The notes below the pieces were generated by a model, which saw only the letters and a list, made by a program, of their open reading frames with translations, had not been told where the DNA came from and ran no database searches. The position numbers and the translations under genes are program-made. Below, one piece after another: positions 23,041 to 36,189 of a DNA stretch of 64,000 nucleotides (position 1 is the first letter of the stretch; each line of letters opens with the position of its first letter). Origin of the DNA: Camelus dromedarius (Eukaryota); contig NC_087436.1 in the NCBI RefSeq assembly GCF_036321535.1, positions 20,772,001 through 20,836,000 of the forward strand. The letters run 5' to 3'.

Positions 23041-26000
23041 GATTTTACTACCCACTTCTCCAAATTTCTAAGATTAAAAAACCTTATATTTATAAACTCA
23101 GGCCATTATATCCAGTTCTTAGTTATGTAACCTAGGGCAATTTACTGAACCTCTCTTTGGCTATGGTTCTAATGTCTTTTGACCCTTCTTGTTTAAAAGA
23201 AAGCCAGCAAGATTTCAGCCTCCTTGTAGCTAACCTCCGCTTTCTAACTAGACGTTTAATAGGGTGTTTTCCCTTTGTCCTTATATTTCAACCCTTTATT
23301 TGTACATGTCTCTGGGTGGGCCTTCTTTCATTCATTTTGTCTCAATCAACATAAGGCCTTGAAGGGTAGCAAAGCAGCTTCCACATGCACAGACTGTTCT
23401 TTTGCACATTACACCAATGGCATTCACAAAAGCATACCTCCAGCAAATACTGCCATTGACTTCTCCCCATCTCTGTTCAACCAGGAAGCAATGTGCAGTC
23501 ACCTGTCCCTCTTTATTGCTCCTTTATTTTCTGGCCTATACTGCCTCAAAACGAATACGAAAAATGTGGTTGGGGGAATGTAGTACTCTGCTGGTCTCAG
23601 AAGACACCTTCTGCCCAGGAGAAGAGAAGTGGCCTCTTTTCTTATTAGTAATGGGCTCTGGGTCAGAGACACGGATGTCCGTAGAAAGTTCTTCTCCCCT
23701 TCTTCTAGGTAAACAGGGCCTTTCTGCTTCAAGAGGTTACACATGGATAAGCTCTGATTTTTTTTTTCAACTTAATTCCATTTATGAAAATTCACCCCTA
23801 ACTCTAGCAATAGATAATTGCCTTTGCTTTCATTTTCAATGGGTCTGTGGGAATTGAATGGGAGCTCGGGACAAACTGTTAGGAGCGGTTTCTTTGACAC
23901 ACCATTTTAAACGGCAGTCTCTTGATTTTAATTTAGACGTCAGTGTTTCTGTATTGTCCAGTCTCAGAAAAACTTTTCTCAGAATTTACATGCCATTTTA
24001 GGTCTCTCCATTTTTTTAGACTAAACATGTTTTTTGTATTTTTTTAGGCCTCAAACTGCAATTTACATTATCTGAATTGTTTGCCTACTTAGATCACATT
24101 CTCTAGACAGTGCTCAACTCTTTACTAGGCTGCAGATAAATAGGCTTATACACAAAATCTTCTATTTACAAAATCTCCCTTTGGGATAACAACATGCTTT
24201 TTACAATTCATAGATCTCTTCTAGCTCTGGGTGCCTAACTTTGAATATTCTTAATCACAAACATGATGGTTCCCCTGAAGGAATACCTAATTTACAGTGA
24301 TGTACACCATGTATATTGTACATCATATATATATGGTATATATATTACACAATAATTTTTATTTTTATTTGTTTTGTTGAAAAGACATTTGCCCTCATAT
24401 GTCCATAAATTTGATGCCAGAGAAGTCTTCTATGCTATTAAGTTTCTACTATAATGTCTGTGAACCTTCCCATTGCTCATTTCATCTCTGAGTGTGTGAA
24501 AAGTAGGGGCGGTAAATGTTCTATTTCAACCAGTAGAATTCAAAGTAGGCAAATGTGGTGCACCCAAGTTTTTAGCCCTTTACAAAAGAAGTCAAGGTTT
24601 TCTATTAGCAAAGGGTGATAAAATAAGGGAACATTGCAGCCCAGAGCAGAAGGTCTAAAGTGAAGGAGGAAGACCTAGAGGGGAGTTTCTCTCTTACTGT
24701 GAGCACAGACTCTAGCTGGGCCCAGACTCAGCTCACTTCCCCTATTACAACCATCCCTTCTGTCCCCATCTTATTAAAAACATGTGCATTGCTTGCTTTT
24801 CAGAAAGGGAGTTTACTTAGAAAGTATATGTAGAAGGCCAAGAAATTTCTTACCTCTTTTCAAAATTCTGTACCCAGAGTGCCTTCATTTATCCTTTTGA
24901 TGCCTTTTAAAGCATATATATATATAAACATATGTATACATACACACACATATAATTTATTTTTCAATGTAAATATTTGGTGTCTTTATGTCAGTTTTGA
25001 CTTCCTTTCATTCATTCATTCTTTCCTGCAACAAACCCTCATCAATCATCTGTAAGTTCTAGATGTTTCCTTGACCCTGCAAACTCTGTAGTGATTGAGA
25101 CATCATTACAGAACTTAAGGGCTTTCCATTTTTGAATTGAAGACAAACATGTAACAAACCAGTATAACGATCTATACAATACAATGTTAGAAGAAATATA
25201 ACTGAACCATAGACATAGATATTGGGTACTGCGGGATACAAGGAAAGGTCAAGAATTGGGGCAGAAGGTGGTTTTGAAATGTTCCAGGAGAATCCAGACC
25301 CCAGAAGTGTTTTTCACTACATCACAGTACTTTTACGGATGTGTGTGAGGGTTAAATTTTAGTGACTCCATACTTAGAAAAAATAGTCTGAACGCTTTAC
25401 ATACTGACTAGTGAAGAAGCAAGTAGTCTCAGCTCGTAAGACTCTAGATACAAACGCTGACAGATTCATGCCTGCCCCCTCGGCATGTTTTTAGTGCTTC
25501 GGGGGAACACTCTAAATAGTTGAAATTCTTAAAAAGCTGGGCTATGAATTTAATCCATATTTTTCTATAAATATTACAAAACACAAAATCCAGTGTCTAT
25601 TTGGAAGAAATAGGAAAGAAAGCATGTGACCATTTTGCACAGCTATAAAGATACGGATGCTCTGCGCTGCATAGAATGGGTTTCCCTTTGATAATTTAAC
25701 ATTTTGAGAAGCCCTGGGAAGTTGAAGAATGTTTTTCTGGATACTTTTTTATTAAGTTAAGGAAAAAAACCCAACCCTTTCAACTTTGTTGAAAACTTCC
25801 CCTGAAAACATACCCTTGAACAGCGATTACATTTTTGTCACCCTGGAAAATAGCATGATTTCCCTCCCTCTCCCCCAGGGCTTGCCAGTGTAGAAGCAGA
25901 AATGACTGCTCCCACTGATGTGGTGAGAAAATGCCCCCCCCCCGCCCCAGGACATAAGACAGGTCTCAGTTACTGCAACTGTCTCTCCCCCTTGCTTAAG

Positions 26001-28668
26001 TATAGCTCAGGAGCTCATGCAAGCCAGAGTTGTTGCCAAATGGGAAGCCCTGTGTTCCACTGAGAGCTTGTGGGACACCCAAGTAGGCCACCAGGGTGTT
26101 GGGAGAACCAGAAAAACAAAAGTCTGAGGCCTCTTCTCCCAACTCCACCCTCCAATTGCAGGGTTATCATAGCAGGGCCCCGAATGGGCCAGCGGCTGAC
26201 GGGTTTGGGGTTTGGATGAGAGCAGAACAGGAGGGCGGGAAGCAACATTTAAGAAAATGGATCCAATTAAATGCCCGAAGCAAGTTTAAAACATTTCAAA
26301 AAGATCTGTTGAGAAAAAAAAGAAAAAAAGACTGTTTTGCTTTCCATGAAAAATTCATGAAACAAAACCTAGGAATTTCTCACAGTGCACGCAGGGGCAT
26401 GGGTGTTTCCGCTCCAGAGCCAGCAGAAGGAGAGACCAGTGATGTGGAATACTGTTTCTGTGAACAGGAATAGGGGAGATGCCTACACACTTAGGAGTGC
26501 TTTGTCGTCATAGCCTTCTTTTAAAACGTAGCAAGTTCTGAGGCAAGGGCAGTTCTTGGAAGCTCAGTCTGAAAACTGAAGAGAGGATTTCAAGGAGCGG
26601 ATTAAAATTTCCCCTTATCTTTGGAGCAGAGCATCTGGCCCTCGCTGCTTGGAAAAAAATCACTTCAGTTTAATAAACACGTTTGGCTGCAGAACTCCCT
26701 TGAAGGAGTTCCCTGAGTCTTCCTGGGGTGTACACTGAGTTGTTGAGTTAGAGCCCCTTCCTTAAGTACCAGGAGCTGCACCCTCTCGTGATGGCCAAAC
26801 TCTCCACCAGCATCCCCTGAGGGAGACTAAGTTGATCATTTCAAACACATGGGAAAGAGCTCGCAGGACACTGTCGTTGTGGTTGTTGCATGGGGTCTAA
26901 TGCTGGGTGCATAGTTGGGAGATCAGAAAGCGCACACAGAATACGGTTCCAAAACCTCCAGACAGGCTCAAATCCCTTCACTCATTGCCCAGGTTCCCTC
27001 TAAGTGTGAGTGAGCCCAGCCAGCCCACCAGAAGTCTGATAATCAAGACACCATCAGTAGGAACAAGACATTATGAAAACACTTTCTGCTTTTCATGTTA
27101 TGGTCTGATTCCTCTTATTCTTAAGTTGAGGGTCATTATGCACTTTTTTCCATCCCTTTTGTGTTTCTCTGCCCAACCACTTTTCACCCATTCAACTTCC
27201 TGTTCCTCTCTTACATCCAGTTCTTTGTATGACTTGGCACCTCCAGCCTTCACATGTCTGGAATACTTTCTGAGCAAATATTTTATTGAACGTCCTAAAA
27301 ATACACAGGTAGAATGAAAATATGGCCATGTAAATAAGGGCAGTGGAGTGCTTATGTTTACTAGAAAACGTGCATAAATATGCCGTGTAGGTTTCTCTAA
27401 TTGTGTCTCCACTGTGACTCTTTCCAGTGTCAAAAATGCCACGAGGACAGGAATTAACATGGCAATTTCCACTTGACTTTCTGAACACCAATTACCATAG
27501 TAATATGTTTTCTGAAGTTCAGAACAGTCTGTTCGTCTATAGCGTGATGGTTGCCTTCCTCAGAAATTCCCTGTTATATTAAAAAAAAAATCACATGTTG
27601 AAAGAATTCAGTGGAAAAGATACAGTTCAGAGCTGGAGAGATAAAGTTAATTTTTCTAGTGGTAATGTAAATAAGTGAGTGCATGCTTTAAAAAAATTAT
27701 GTAGGTGCTGAGATATACAATCTAAAGTGTAATGAGCAAATCCAGCATTTAATTACATCTAACTTTTCCTGTGGCTACCAATACTGCCCTTAATCCAGTG
27801 TCTTTATACATTTAATCATCATCATTACTTTTGTCATTCATCAGTAGAATAAACCAAGTGAAAAGCCACTAACCAAAATATCTGTGTCATCTGGGCAATA
27901 GCCTTCTTCTTACCCAGGTACTGATTCCTGTTCACAATTGTCCTATTACTTAAAGCAGTCTGGTAAAAGCAAATCATGCTTTCTCGTTAGTCAATTTCAT
28001 TACATCTCCTCGGTTTTCTGGAAAGTTGGAAAGCATGTATAGATGCAAAATGCAAGTTATGTGTTAAAATTAAATATAAGTCGATTTTGGATAAAAACAA
28101 GCAGTCTTTTTGAGGTTGAAATTTGATCTAACTGTTGACATGAAGCGAGGATCTTTTATTCCTTTGCATGCTATAAACTATTGAGACAGGAGCCAAAAAT
28201 GATCTTTTCTAAGGAACACTCCATCTTTCTCCCGGGACGTTTATTTCTGTTTTATTTTTGTCTTTTCTTTTTAATGGGATTCAAATTCTAACTTTGTACT
28301 TGCCTATTTGTAATTGTTTATAACAGCGCATTAAAAAATAATGAACTTAATGACTATGTCTCAAATTCTGAGGACTAGGATATACTTTTTAAAGATAGTT
28401 GCAAGGAAGTTTGTAGTCCTGGGAAGAGGCTGTACAGATTTAATGAGGGTGAACCAGGTATTACTAAACAGCTTTTCCAAAGAAGGGAACTCTGAGTTAA
28501 AGGCAAGCAAGCAAAATTCCTTTTTTTTTTTTTTTGCGCCCCTCCTCACTAAAGAGACAAGTTACCGTGCCAAGTGAAAACTCTAAGTCCCAAGAAACAC
28601 CCTAAACACAGAAAAATAAGCACATCGATGAATGCCTCCCCTTTTCCTCCTTGGTTTGAGGCCGACTG

Positions 28669-28687
28669 ACAGCACCAGGTGGCAGCC
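28669..28687 (+). promoter_or_regulatory. Candidate CTCF motif
   Basis: acaGCACCAGGTGGCAGcc has one mismatch to CCASYAGRKGGCRS and lies in CpG-enriched unique DNA. Confidence 0.4.
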
Positions 28688-29954
28688 CTCGGGAGCTGCC
28701 CGCCTGCAGATGCCCTACCTGACAGCCAAAAGGCATTAAGCAGAAACATGTGCTTCCTGTGGAGGGCAACGGTCAGCAGGTGGGACCGGCAGGCAGACGG
28801 CGTTCCCCAGCCCATCCTCCTGTGTGGTCATCTGGGCCGCCTTCCTCCTGGGCACTGAGGCCCTGGAACAGGACATTTCTCAGGGCTCGGCTGGAAGCTG
28901 TTCAAATGCAATTACGCTGTGCGTCGCTGCAGAATAGATGACTCGGAGGTTCCGCACAAATTGAATTTTGAGGCCAGCTTGAAATTACATTAGATTTGGG
29001 GGCTCTGACCAAAGCCCGTCTGAATCCCCCCTGCGTTCCCCTTCGGGTCATCTTTCTTTAATCATTCACTAATGTTTTTCCGGTTGGGTCACTGCTGAGT
29101 AGATGACGTAAAGCTCCTCCCCCGCCCCCACACCTTCTTTTTTAAGGACTGTACATAATGTTTTATTGGTCTCTCCCTTTTGGTTGCCGTCAAGACAGCA
29201 AATCTGAAACTAATTTCCAAACCTCCAGAAACTGACTTTTCTGATTCTGCTGTGTAAGTCTCCAAGGCAAAGAGCTCTGACCAGAATGTGATGAAAGCCC
29301 AGGTGCCGTGGTTCGCTGCTGTTGTCTCTAAGTACATGTAGCACAAACCGGGAGACGCCAAAGGAATTAAACAGATTTGACACGTGAGAAAAATGAGAAC
29401 TTGCCCCTCAGGGTGGGAAGCACAAATTCCCATTCTCAGGTTAATAGTGTCCCGGGTCTCTGACGATGACTTCGTTTTTCTTGATAAACCATGAATCTCA
29501 GAAAGTTGTTAAAGGTTTAGCAAAACTAGAAAGCTCCCTCCATCCTTACTTGGTCTCTGCAAACTTTAGCAGGTCGTGTAAGTATATAACCAGTGCAATT
29601 ATAGGTTATACAGTTTCTCTGATAAATTATAGAGTCAGCTAGGCTATGCACGACAGCTTTTGTTCATCATTCAGTCAGATCAGTGACTCTATTAGGAAAC
29701 CTTAATGAGGAAGGTACAGCTCCTGATGGCTTCTGCTTCCTATCATCAAAAGAGTTTAGTTAATAATATTCTAAAGCCAGGGAAAGATGATGAATGGTTT
29801 GGGTGAAATTTGGGAACGAGAACTCAGAAGACGCCTGACACAAACTGCTGGGTTGCCAGTTGACAAAAACTGGTATTTCAGCATACTTGGCATCAAAGCC
29901 TATTTCTATAAAATATAAAGTACAATGTATCTCATCCCCCATTAGTTGTATATT

Positions 29955-30120
29955 GCATTCATTCAAGAAACATTTATTAGAAGCCTATGATGTGCTGGGC
30001 TCTGTGTTGAACACTGGAGAGAGAATAGTAAATAAGACGCAGTCTCTAGCCTGGAGCAGATTATGCCTGAGTAAGGGAGACACACATGTGAACGAGGGAT
30101 TTCAGTGCATTGAGTGAAGT
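29955..30120 (-). mobile_element. LINE-2 3' end
   Basis: cattcattcaagaaacatttattagaagcctatgatgtgctgggctctgtgttgaacactggaga. Confidence 0.75.
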
Positions 30121-30224
30121 GCTGTGGTTCAGGGTTAACTGATGTCCTAAAGAAGGGGGTTCTCAGCAGTGCCAGGGGAGGTAACCCCTTCAAAGGCCTG
30201 AACTGTTTCTATTCCAATATTAAA

Positions 30225-30970
30225 ATGATCAAGACTCCTACTTGCATTGAAGTGTTTTTTAAGTTTAACATCCACACATACACACACTGTGTGCATATGT
30301 ATGCACGTATGTGTCCACACTGGCAAATTTTCACTAAGTGAACACTGATGGGATGTGGCCCCAGATCCGCACGTAGAGCCTGACAGTGTTCTGGAAGTCC
30401 CCTTGTCCCCTCCCGTTCCCACCTCGCTCCAAAGATAATGACTCTTCTGACTTCTAACACTCTAGTTGAGTCTTGCCTGCTTTTAAACTCTGTATAAGTG
30501 GAATCATACGGTTTGCCTTTTTTAATTTACAGCTACTCTTCTCAGGGATGAATCTCTGCTGAGTAGCAACATTTTGCTCGCCCTCTGTGATATATAGCGT
30601 TTGATTTTATGAATATACCACAATTTATTTACCCGTGCTTGTGTGATGGAATTTGGGTTGTTTCCTGTTTGGGCTGTTATAAATATTGTCTCTCTAAATA
30701 TTCCGGCACATGCCTTTTGGTGAACATATGTATTCATTTCTATTGGGTAGGTACCTAGGAGTGGAATTTCTGGGCCATAAAGAATGCATATGTTCAGCGC
30801 TCATACAGACTGCCAACTAGTATTCCAAAGCGGTTTTTAGCGGTTTCTGTGACCACCCTCTGTATAGTTAAGTTCCATTTGCTCCACGCCCTCCTCGATG
30901 CTTGGCATTGTCTGTTTTTTCCACTTTAGCCATTCTCTTGGATATGCAGCGGTCTTTCATTGTGGTTTTA
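30225..30970 (-). mobile_element. Ancient L1 (L1ME-like) 3' region
   Basis: aagtggaatcatac...tataccacaatttattt...tttgggttgtttcctgtttgggctgttataaat...cctaggagtggaatttctgggccata. Confidence 0.8.
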
Positions 30971-31239
30971 TTTATGAAACCTGGGAGTTTTTAAATGATA
31001 AAATCAGAGATGTGTTGTTCCCTTGGACAATTGCTCTAAATAGAGAGCTGGAAAAGTTTGGAAAGGAAGAGGTTCCGTGATTTAATCTGCCGTCTGGGGG
31101 GACTCTGTGTACTGTGGTGTTGCTGCAGCACTCAGAATTTTAAAGCATCTCCCACATTCATGCCTCTTCCACAGTTTCTTTCATTCCATCATCCTGTTTT
31201 CACTTCCCCACTGGCTTCCTCAGACTCTGGGGATAAGAA

Positions 31240-31420
31240 TAAAAATAATGGTCCTCACAACAATTCCATGAGTTAGACAATGTTATTCCCTCCATTTTAC
31301 TGGTGGGAGAAATAAGGCACAGAGAAGGTGAGTGACTAACCAGGTTGCACAGGAAGTCGTGGAGCTGGGATTTGAACTGAAGTGAGAGACTCTGAACCCA
31401 AGCTATTATTCCTTATACCT
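31240..31420 (-). mobile_element. MIR SINE
   Basis: tcctcacaacaattccatgag...ccattttac...gaaataaggcacagagaaggtgagtgact...ggagctgggatttgaac. Confidence 0.8.
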
Positions 31421-31503
31421 CTGTACGCTGGTGGGGCTCTCCACTGTGTATTTGTGTATTTATATTTTCTTGGTAGAAGTAGATTAGAGAACCACAGTTA
31501 CTT

Positions 31504-32247
31504 CTTTTTTTAAATTGAAGTATAGGTGATTTACACTGTTATGCTGTGTTAGTTTCTGGTGTACAGGATAGTAATTTGATAATACTTGTATATGTATACT
31601 TTTTCACATTCTTTTCCATTTTAGGTTATTCAAAGATATCGAATGTAGTTTTCTGTGCTATATATTAGGATCTTGTTTATTTTTTTATATATAGTAGTTT
31701 GTGTCTGCTAATCCCAGACTCCTAATTTATCCCTCCCTCGCCATATCCCTTTGGTAACCATAAATTTGTTTTCTACATCTGTGAGTCTGTTTCTGTTTTG
31801 TAAATAAGTTCATTTGTATGATTGTTTTTAGATTCCACATATAAGTGATATATGATATTTGTCTTTGTCTGACTTACTTCACTTAGAATGATGATCTCCA
31901 GGTCCATCCATATTGCTGCAAATGGCATTATTTCATTCTTTTTATGGCTGAGGAGTGTTCCATTGTATATATACACCACATCTTCTTTATCCAGTCATCT
32001 GTTGATGGACATAGGTTGCTTCCATGTCTTAGCTATTGTATATAGTGCTGCTATGAACATTGAGATACATGTATCTTTTCAAATTAGAGTTTTCTCCAGA
32101 TATATGCCCAGGAGTGGGATTGCTGGATCATATGGTAACTCTATTTCAGTTTTTTAAGGAATCTCCATACTGTTTTCTATAGTTGCTGCACCGAATAACA
32201 TCCCTACCACCAGTGTAGGAGGGTTCTCTTTTCTCTACACCCTCCAC
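31504..32247 (-). mobile_element. 5'-truncated LINE-1 (ORF2 end plus 3' UTR)
   Basis: Minus ORF 31773-31979 contains KKNEIMPFAAIWMDLEIIILSEVSQ; poly(T) at the left end. Confidence 0.95.
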
Positions 32248-33464
32248 TTACTGGAGAGCTATAGGTTCTTGATAGGTATTCTCATCTAAAGCAAATGCTG
32301 CCTCAGTTACAGGGGGCTTATTAAATACACATCCTGAGCTATTGTTAGATGCTACGGTGCATGTCAGGTGAGGTGTTTAGTAGGATTCTACCCTTGAATT
32401 GAGCCTGTAAACTTCCAAGTTCTTTCCCATCTATCATCTCACTTGATCTTCATGAAAGTCAACTGAGAAGAGAATGTAGGACTGAGAAGTTAAGTGAGTT
32501 GTAAAAGGTCAAATGGTACACAAATGGTGGAAGCAGGACCTAAGCTGAGATGCGGATCCTGGGATTTCCTGATGAACTTTAGAGTGTGATGCACAGAGAA
32601 TAATTTGAATACAAGGTGAAAAAAAATGCAAAGGGTAAAATTCTGTATAATGCAGATCAAAAGTTCCTCCAGATTCTACACATGAATGAGCTATTAACTC
32701 TGAGTAAAAACCATCTATGCTGATTTTAATTTGTATTTGCATATTTTAATTAATTTTCTTCCCAGGTTTATTGTTTGTTTTTTGGAGGGTAGGGATTGTG
32801 TTTTTAGTAGTAATGGTATCTAGATGGCTTCATAAGGACTAAATTCATCACTTGAATTACTAATGAACCAAAATATATGTACATATAAAAGTTTGACTTA
32901 ATACTGGTTAATAACCAATAACCAAAAAAAAGTACAGTCTTTGTGTTTTTTGAGTCATAAAAGTCTACTTCTTTAGATTAATTAACTCAGAGATCTAAAG
33001 AAGAATCTATTATTAGAGACTTTTATGCCATCCAGTGGACAACACTGTAATTTTCCTAACACTTATTCACTAAAGAAAACAAACTTAATTTCCATGTGCC
33101 ACCATGTTGATAAATCTTGACTCTAAAAAGGTCATTAAGCATTTCAGTGGCACCACCTTGTAAACACCTATGTCATACGTTACTTCCAGACTTACTTCTG
33201 TAATGTTGATGGAGAAGGCAGAGTTGAAATTAAAATGTGAATCTCGCGGACTCCACCACAGTGATATTCCCCGTTTCCTTGCAAGGACTTCTCTGAAATC
33301 GGAAAAACAAATCTTCCCATCCTTTCCCCACATTTCCCAAGTGACTCATAGAATTTTGTTGGAAATTGATAGGAGTTCTTCGTCTCAGTCACGTACACTT
33401 TATGCCTGTGGAACCCCAGGAATCACTCGCTTCTTTCAGATTTGAGACTCTTCTAGGACATTCA

Positions 33465-34210
33465 TGAAATCATTTAGAGGTGGTGTAACCAGCATTTAAA
33501 AAATAATATGAGATAGAACAGACTAGAAAAGAAAATATACTGCATCTCATTGCTGCATGAAACTTGTTTCAGTTGGACGTGCACAGAAGTGTTGTAATAC
33601 TGAGTCCTGATGTGAATATACTTCTTACAGTGGCTGTGGCTGTGCTACAGCCAGTTACTCACCTTTTGTCTTTCAACTCTAAATCCTCCCTCTGCTGTGT
33701 GATGTTGGCATTGGGATTCTCCTGTGCCAGCTGGTTCTCATTAGGTTCTGCCAGTAGGAGGTGCTAGCGGGAGACAAGTAGGTGGAAGGAGGGGAGAAGG
33801 TTTCCTTTCTGTTTTTCTGTTTTTCTCAGCAGGGCTCCAGCAACAGCATCGGCTGCAGCCTCCAGCTCCTCTCAGCTTCCTTCAAGTCTGTACCAGCCAA
33901 CATCAGGCAGTGCACCTCCTCCAAGGTATGAACGTCAGCTTCTGAGAACCCTTCCTTCGACTTCCAGTTCTAACGACCCCATCCCTTACTCTCTGCTCCT
34001 CTTTCCAAGGCAAGGTAGCTAATTGCTGCAGTTATGATCTCTTGATATTATTTTAGTGTTCCCTTTCTCCTCTTTCTGCCTTTCAACATGGGTAACCAGT
34101 TCCTTGTTTTAAATCCCTCTGTTTGAAATACTTACAGTGATTTTCATTTTCTGTACTAAATTCTGAATGATCCATAGTCCCTCCCCACAAAAAGATGAAA
34201 ATCCATTGCT
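33465..34210. mobile_element. hAT-Charlie-type MER relic split by an LTR insertion
   Basis: gaaatcatttagaggtggtgtaaccagcatttaaaaaa...catgaaacttgtttcagtt...atacttcttacagtgg, resuming after the LTR as caaaaagatgaaaatccattg. Confidence 0.5.
33640..34174 (+). mobile_element. ERVL solo LTR, LTR41/LTR33-like, with a decayed CTCF motif
   Basis: gccagctggttctcattaggttctgccagtaggaggtgctag...; ends ttaaatccctctgtttgaaatac...ttttctgtactaaattctgaatgatcca. Confidence 0.7.
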
Positions 34211-35283
34211 TTGGTCATTGACTCTGCTGCCTCACATCACTCCTACCGTGTCTATCACGGCAACTTGGGCACGTTGGTCACTACTAACCAGCCTCCATCA
34301 TTGTTAATAGAAAGATGCTTGGCTCATTTTGTTCTTTCCCAAAAGGGAAATAAAAGGGGGGGGGCATAAAAGAAAGTATGTGAAACACAGCTCATTCAAT
34401 TTTAGAGTTTAAGGCATCTCAGCCTTTATCTTGGTATTATAGGCATGGGATATAAGATTATATCTAGGAGGGGGCTAAACAGGAACCGGTGTCAGCTTTC
34501 CTGACACTTGAGTTATCCTTGCTGCAAGATGCGGGGCTGTTTTGGCAAGTTTGGGTGGCTCTCACTGTATTACTCCCCACCCCCACACAAATTAAGTGAT
34601 GAGTCATTTCCATTCACCTCACACAGTGGCTTACATTTGGGGGTATAAATTGAGGACACCAAGAGAAGTCTACCATCTTTCATTTAAGAAGAGGAAAGGA
34701 GTGATCCAGACAGCCAGCCAGTCACAAACTGGTAGCGCATGGGTTTCATCTCCCTGGCAAATACCTTTTGTTTGACTCACAGAGTATTTCTTTTTTTAAA
34801 TGTGAATTAGTTGCCCACATGTGAAAAAGATCATATTTCCAAGATCTCCAGGAACTCAGGGAATACTGACTTTTCATTCCCACGGGGTACCAAGTACTTT
34901 ATGGGGCATTTGTTGCCTGGTTGCTGTAATCTCCACCAGTCCTTTATACTTGGACTTTTGTTCTTTCCTTTATATTATCTGCCTGGCTCCTGTGGACATT
35001 TGTGTTTTGACTCTTGACCTAGAAGAAGAAAACTAGGCTGATGGGGGCTGGAGGCAATGTGGCTATGGGAGGGAGGGGGAGGGGAAGAAGATAAATAAAA
35101 TAGATGAAATAGATGCAGACTTCTTGGAAGGATGAGCCAGGAGGTATCTGCTGCCAAGGGAAAGGGCACTTTGGGACTGTGTTAAGAAGAGTCAATATAC
35201 TGCTTATAAAATTGTGCTGTGCAATGTACTCCTATTCTCCATCCACCCACAAGAACATCAGTAAAACTACCTTACTTACTGGA

Positions 35284-35310
35284 GTGTGTGTGTGTGTGTG
35301 TGTGTGTGTG
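35284..35310. repeat. (GT)n microsatellite
   Basis: Directly visible. Confidence 0.95.
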
Positions 35311-35647
35311 TTGCTTTCCTCTGGGGCCAGATCACTGACAATGGGCCAAGACTGACAGTGAGACAGGTGGGACTAGAGGAGAAATGGCTCAGGAAAGCCC
35401 AGGCACAGGTCAGGTACAAGATCTGAGTGATTAAGAACAAACAAACAAGCAAAAACAAGGGTTTTGAACCTTAGGTATGGCTACCTAAACATTTGGTAAT
35501 AGAAAAGTAATTTCAATTGATGAGCCCCATTAACTTTAATCAGTCAAAAATATTACTGCAAAAATCACATTTCTCAGCTGTAGCTGGATGACGTCACTTC
35601 CTTTTCACTTAACTCTCCTGTGGTTTTAGAAAACTTATTAGAACCAT

Positions 35648-35666
35648 TCACCACTAGGTGTCAAAC
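35648..35666 (+). promoter_or_regulatory. Candidate CTCF motif
   Basis: tcaCCACTAGGTGTCAaac matches the core CCACYAGRKG[GT]CA. Confidence 0.4.
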
Positions 35667-35737
35667 TTTGAAATGTACATTAACTTGTGAATAAATGAAC
35701 TATATGTATAATTGACCTATCTCCAAATAAATATAAA

Positions 35738-35931
35738 ACTTAACAATGAAACGTTGAAATGCATGGTTCCACTTATATGCAGATATTTTTCCATAGCAAA
35801 TACAATAGTATTTGGACTATAATATGGACTATGTGAGCCATAGTTTGTTGAATCCACAGATGTAGAGGAACCGCAGATATGGGGGGCTGACTATAAATTG
35901 TACTAACCCTACATTGTTTAAGGATCAACTG
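35738..35931. mobile_element. MER8/Tigger2-derived DNA transposon relic
   Basis: ttgaaatgcatggttccacttatatgcagat...gttgaatccacagatgtagaggaaccgcagatatggggggctgactat...ttgtttaaggatcaactg (TIR-like end). Confidence 0.7.
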
Positions 35932-36189
35932 AATCTAGAGAGTTATAAAACTGTATGTAGAAAACAATATCGGACTATATGTAATTATATATAACTATAT
36001 AAAACCACAAGCCTATAAATAATCTGGCTGTAGTGGCACAGTTGGGAATGTTTGTCCTCTTAAGCTTTGTAATTTCTTTTTCAGGTGATATGTACATATT
36101 GAAGTAGTCTAAAAAAATAAGTAACAATGTAAAGTCATTTAAGGTCATCTGTAATCCAGTTCTAGAGGTAATTGGTGTTAAAATTTGAC

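Noticed and set aside
33060..33450. Unique segment with overlapping ORFs of 68-91 aa (also 39151-39744)
   Set aside because: I recognise no protein, viral or pseudogene similarity and see no poly(A) or TSD. A TBLASTX search would be needed to exclude an ancient insertion.
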